Below, in pieces: positions 58,671 through 64,000 of a stretch of DNA of 64,000 nucleotides. Both the position numbers and the translations under genes were made by a program. Under the pieces are notes generated by a model. It was not told the DNA's origin. It ran no database searches and saw nothing but the letters and a program-made list of their open reading frames with translations. How positions within the stretch are numbered: position 1 is the stretch's first letter; each line of letters opens with the position of its first letter. Source of the DNA: the human T2T-CHM13v2.0 reference genome, Homo sapiens. Where the stretch lies: the NCBI RefSeq assembly GCF_009914755.1, contig NC_060926.1. One strand, given 5' to 3'.

Positions 58671-59728
58671 TGATTATTTATTGCTTTATTTATGTTCTTA
58701 TTTCTTTGTACTTAATACTCTTGTAAACTTTGCTAAAACCTTTCAAGAAACATTTTCTCTTCATTTAATAGGTAAAAATTAAGGCTGTGACAATTGCATC
58801 CCTGTTTTAATGATACAGTTTAGTATTTTCATCGACTATTTTCCCCAAGTACTTTCACCAGATATCCAGTTTTATGGTGCAGGGATGGATTAATACAATG
58901 AAGTGATTTTTATCACACAATCTCTTGCTGTGATAATTTTTTTCCTTTTTTATTGGTCCTCATCTTGAATCCTTTTAATTTTCACAGCAGATAGTGGTTG
59001 AATGGGGTAGGGAAGATAAAATTTTTCACTATTGACAGGATTCAACACCAAACCTATAAAACACTTCCATTTCCAGTGGTGTGGCTTCTCTCTTGTTGTC
59101 TTCTGGCATCCCCTTGCCACCTGGATACTTTAGTTGTACTGTTGGAGATGTCTGTGTTATTTAACTTTTTCTAGCACATACAACATCAATGACACTTTCA
59201 GCCTCTGGGAATGCCTGTGATATATGCTTGCCACAATGCACTCTGCTAAACATTCAGTTGAGCAAATGAGTAACAACACATGAGACAGCGATCCTGCTAG
59301 AGGACTTTCTCATAGTTTACTGGTGATGACAGCAAGTGGGAGGAAGCCGAACACCACTGTGAGGGCATGCCACCCATTAGATAGAAATGGAGGACTGTCC
59401 CTGCTAATGTGGGTGCTCCCACAACAGATGTGAAGAGGAAATTGTCAACAGAGAGGCAATTCCCTGCCTCAGTTTCCTCTGTCTGTTGCTCCCTGCAGAG
59501 TGCTTATCAGCTATCAACCCACTGCACTGGCCAAGGTTTAGAAACCACACTAAACAAAAGTCATCTTTTCTCCCCTCTACCGGACCTAAATGATTTACTA
59601 TGCACTCAGACAAACTCTGATGGAACCTGTCTCAATTCACCATGGGACCAAAAATCTTTATTGTGTAAAGATGAACAAATGGAGGAAAACAGAAGCTGGA
59701 GAAAATTTAGCAGCTAAAAAAAATGTCC

Positions 59729-60728
59729 ATCTGAGTCAGTGTCTTCCTACGAAGCAGAGTTTTTATGAGAAATGCATGCAACTGTGGAAAATATTGAATT
59801 TGCATTGCCAATGACTGCTGAGAGAACTTAGCATCTATGAAAGCAGAAAGACCTGCCAAGATAGAGAAATCCAGAAAGATTACTTGAATGGTACAAACTA
59901 CTCCTGGGGTGAGCTTATTTCCTTTTACCTCGGCTGTGATAATAATTTGAAATGAGGGTGAGATACTTAAATGGCAAATCACTGCATTTACTGAAGAAGC
60001 CACCTTATTCATCTCTATCTAGATTTTCTATAACTCCTCTTCCCATTTGGTGCAAAGAAGACCTCATCTTCAAATTGGGAATAACAAACTTAGCTCATTT
60101 CCAACACCACTGGTATCTCAGGCACAGATGCCAAGTGGGAGGGTCTGACTCAACTCCCCTTACAAAGTATTCATATTATACACACGCTACAGAACTATGC
60201 CATTATATTAGTTTCCTAGAACTGCTGCAACAAAGTACCACAAATGATGTAGCTTAAAACAACAGAAATTAATTTTCTCACAGTTCTTGAGGCCAGAAAT
60301 CTGAAATCCAGGTGTCAGCAGGGCCACACCCCTACTGAATGCTCTAGGGGAGGATCCTTTCTTGCCTCTTCCTAGTTTCTGGTGGTTGTTGGCAATCCTT
60401 GGCATTCCTTGGCTTGTGGACACATCACTAATCTCTACCTCTGTCATCCCATGGTGTTCTCATTCTGTGTGTGTACTCTGCATTTTCACATGACATTCTC
60501 CCTGTGCGTCTAAGGGAGCATGTGATCTGAATCAGTGTCTTCCTATGAAGCAGAGTTTTTATGAGAAATGCATGCAACTATGGAAAATATTGAATTTGCA
60601 TTTCCAATGACTTCTGAGAGAACTTAGTATCTGTGAAAGCAGAGAGAGTTGTCAAGATAAAGAAAGATAAATCCACAAAGATTACTTGGACGCTACAAAC
60701 TACCCTTGGGGTGAGCTTTATTTCCTTT
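59729..60728 (+). repeat. Dispersed direct duplication of ~200 bp (59729-59925 and 60525-60728)
   Basis: Both copies run ATCTGA.TCAGTGTCTTCCTA.GAAGCAGAGTTTTTATGAGAAATGCATGCAAC...GGGGTGAGCTT; hand alignment gives ~18 substitutions and 2 indels. Confidence 0.95.
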
Positions 60729-60855
60729 CTTTTTTTTTTTCTTCATAAAGACATGAGTCCACCCTAATCTAGTATGACCTCATCTTAATTACATTTTTAA
60801 AGATCTGATTTCCAAATAAGATCACATTCACATGTCTTTTGGTGGAACACGATTC
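60206..60855 (-). mobile_element. MLT1B/C LTR interrupted by the duplicated segment
   Basis: TATTAGTTTCCTAG..AAAGTACCACAAA..GGGGAGGATCCTTTCTTGCCTCTTCCTAG; resumes after 60730 with CATAAAGAC..CCACCCTAAT..ATGACCTCATCTTAATTACA..TTTCCAAATAAGATCACATTC. Confidence 0.88.
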
Positions 60856-60864
60856 TTTTCATTA

Positions 60865-61620
60865 TTTTTAATGTTTTTAAATTGACAGATAAAATGGTAT
60901 ATATTTGTAATATACAACATGATGTTTTGATGTATGTATACATTATAGAATGGCTAAATCAAGTCCCTAACATACTTATTACCTCACACACTTTTTTTTT
61001 TTTGTGGTGAGAACATGTGAAATCTACTCTCTTAACAATTTTCAAGTATACAATATACTGTGATTAACTAATGGTCACTGTGACCTACAGTAGATCTTTT
61101 GAACTTATTCCTTCCATCTAACTGAAATTTCATCTTTTGACCAACATTTTCCCAATCTTCCTATTCCCAGCCTCTGTTAACCACCATTCTATTCACTGTT
61201 TCTGATTTATACTTTCTTAAAGTCTACAAGTAAGTGAGATCATGCAGTATTTGTCTTTCTGTGCCTGGTTTCTTTAACTTAGCATGATGTCCTCTAGGTT
61301 CATCTATGTCGTCAAAAATGACAGCATTTCCTTTTTTATTAAAGGTTGAATAGTATTTCATTGTGTATAGGTACCATATTTTCTTTATCCATTTATCCTT
61401 TGATGGACACTTAGATTGATCTTATATCTTGGCTATTGCGACTAATGCTGCAATAAACAGGAGTGCAGATACCTAGATTTTATGTCCTTTGGATTTACCC
61501 AGTAGTGAGATTGCTGGGTCATTCGATATTTCTATTTTTAATTTTTTGAGGAATCTCCATGCTGTTTTCCACACTGATTGTATTAGTTTGCATTCTCACC
61601 GACAGTATACAAAGATTCTG
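60865..61620 (-). mobile_element. L1MA 3' end fragment
   Basis: AATTGACAGATAAAATGGTATATATTT..TACAACATGATGTTTTGA...GAACTTATTCCTTCCATCTAACTGAAATTT. Confidence 0.88.
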
Positions 61621-61802
61621 TGGGACATCATTCCTCCCACTATTGTCATCCAGCAACTACATATCAGGTAGTCATCGGACAAGGCCTTTTCTTGATCCCC
61701 AGGTTCTGTTTCGCCAGGTCTAGGAGGATATTCATGTAAACATACTTTACCACAATATATGTCTAAGCTGTATCATTTAAAATCTCATCCAAAACTCTCT
61801 AA

Positions 61803-64000
<2,198 letters not shown>

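Noticed and set aside
59404-60257. Cluster of overlapping ~70-100 aa ORFs
   Set aside because: No recognisable domains, and overlapping on both strands as expected by chance.

Overview
Primate, almost certainly human, non-coding genomic DNA (a human-specific AluYa5 sits at 1-297). It is AT-rich and dominated by interspersed repeats: L1 fragments of many ages (L1PA3/4/7/8, L1PB, L1MA, L1MC/ME), Alus, MaLR LTRs and proviruses (THE1A, MST, MLT1), L2/MIR and hAT-Charlie DNA transposons. I recognise no intact cellular protein-coding gene, RNA gene, CRISPR array or new multi-gene system; the long ORFs in the track are L1, MaLR or Alu-derived. The most notable items are: (i) a near full-length decayed Charlie8-type (GTF2IRD2-like) transposase at ~8010-9590; (ii) a perfect 60-bp palindrome at 13864-13923; (iii) a ~200-bp segment copied from 59729-59925 into an MLT1 LTR 0.8 kb away; (iv) three independent 5'-inverted L1 insertions whose breakpoints fall in the same short stretch of ORF2; (v) a few weak candidate micro-exons. 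Subfamily names come from recalled consensus sequences, not from a search. Boundaries of old repeats are approximate.
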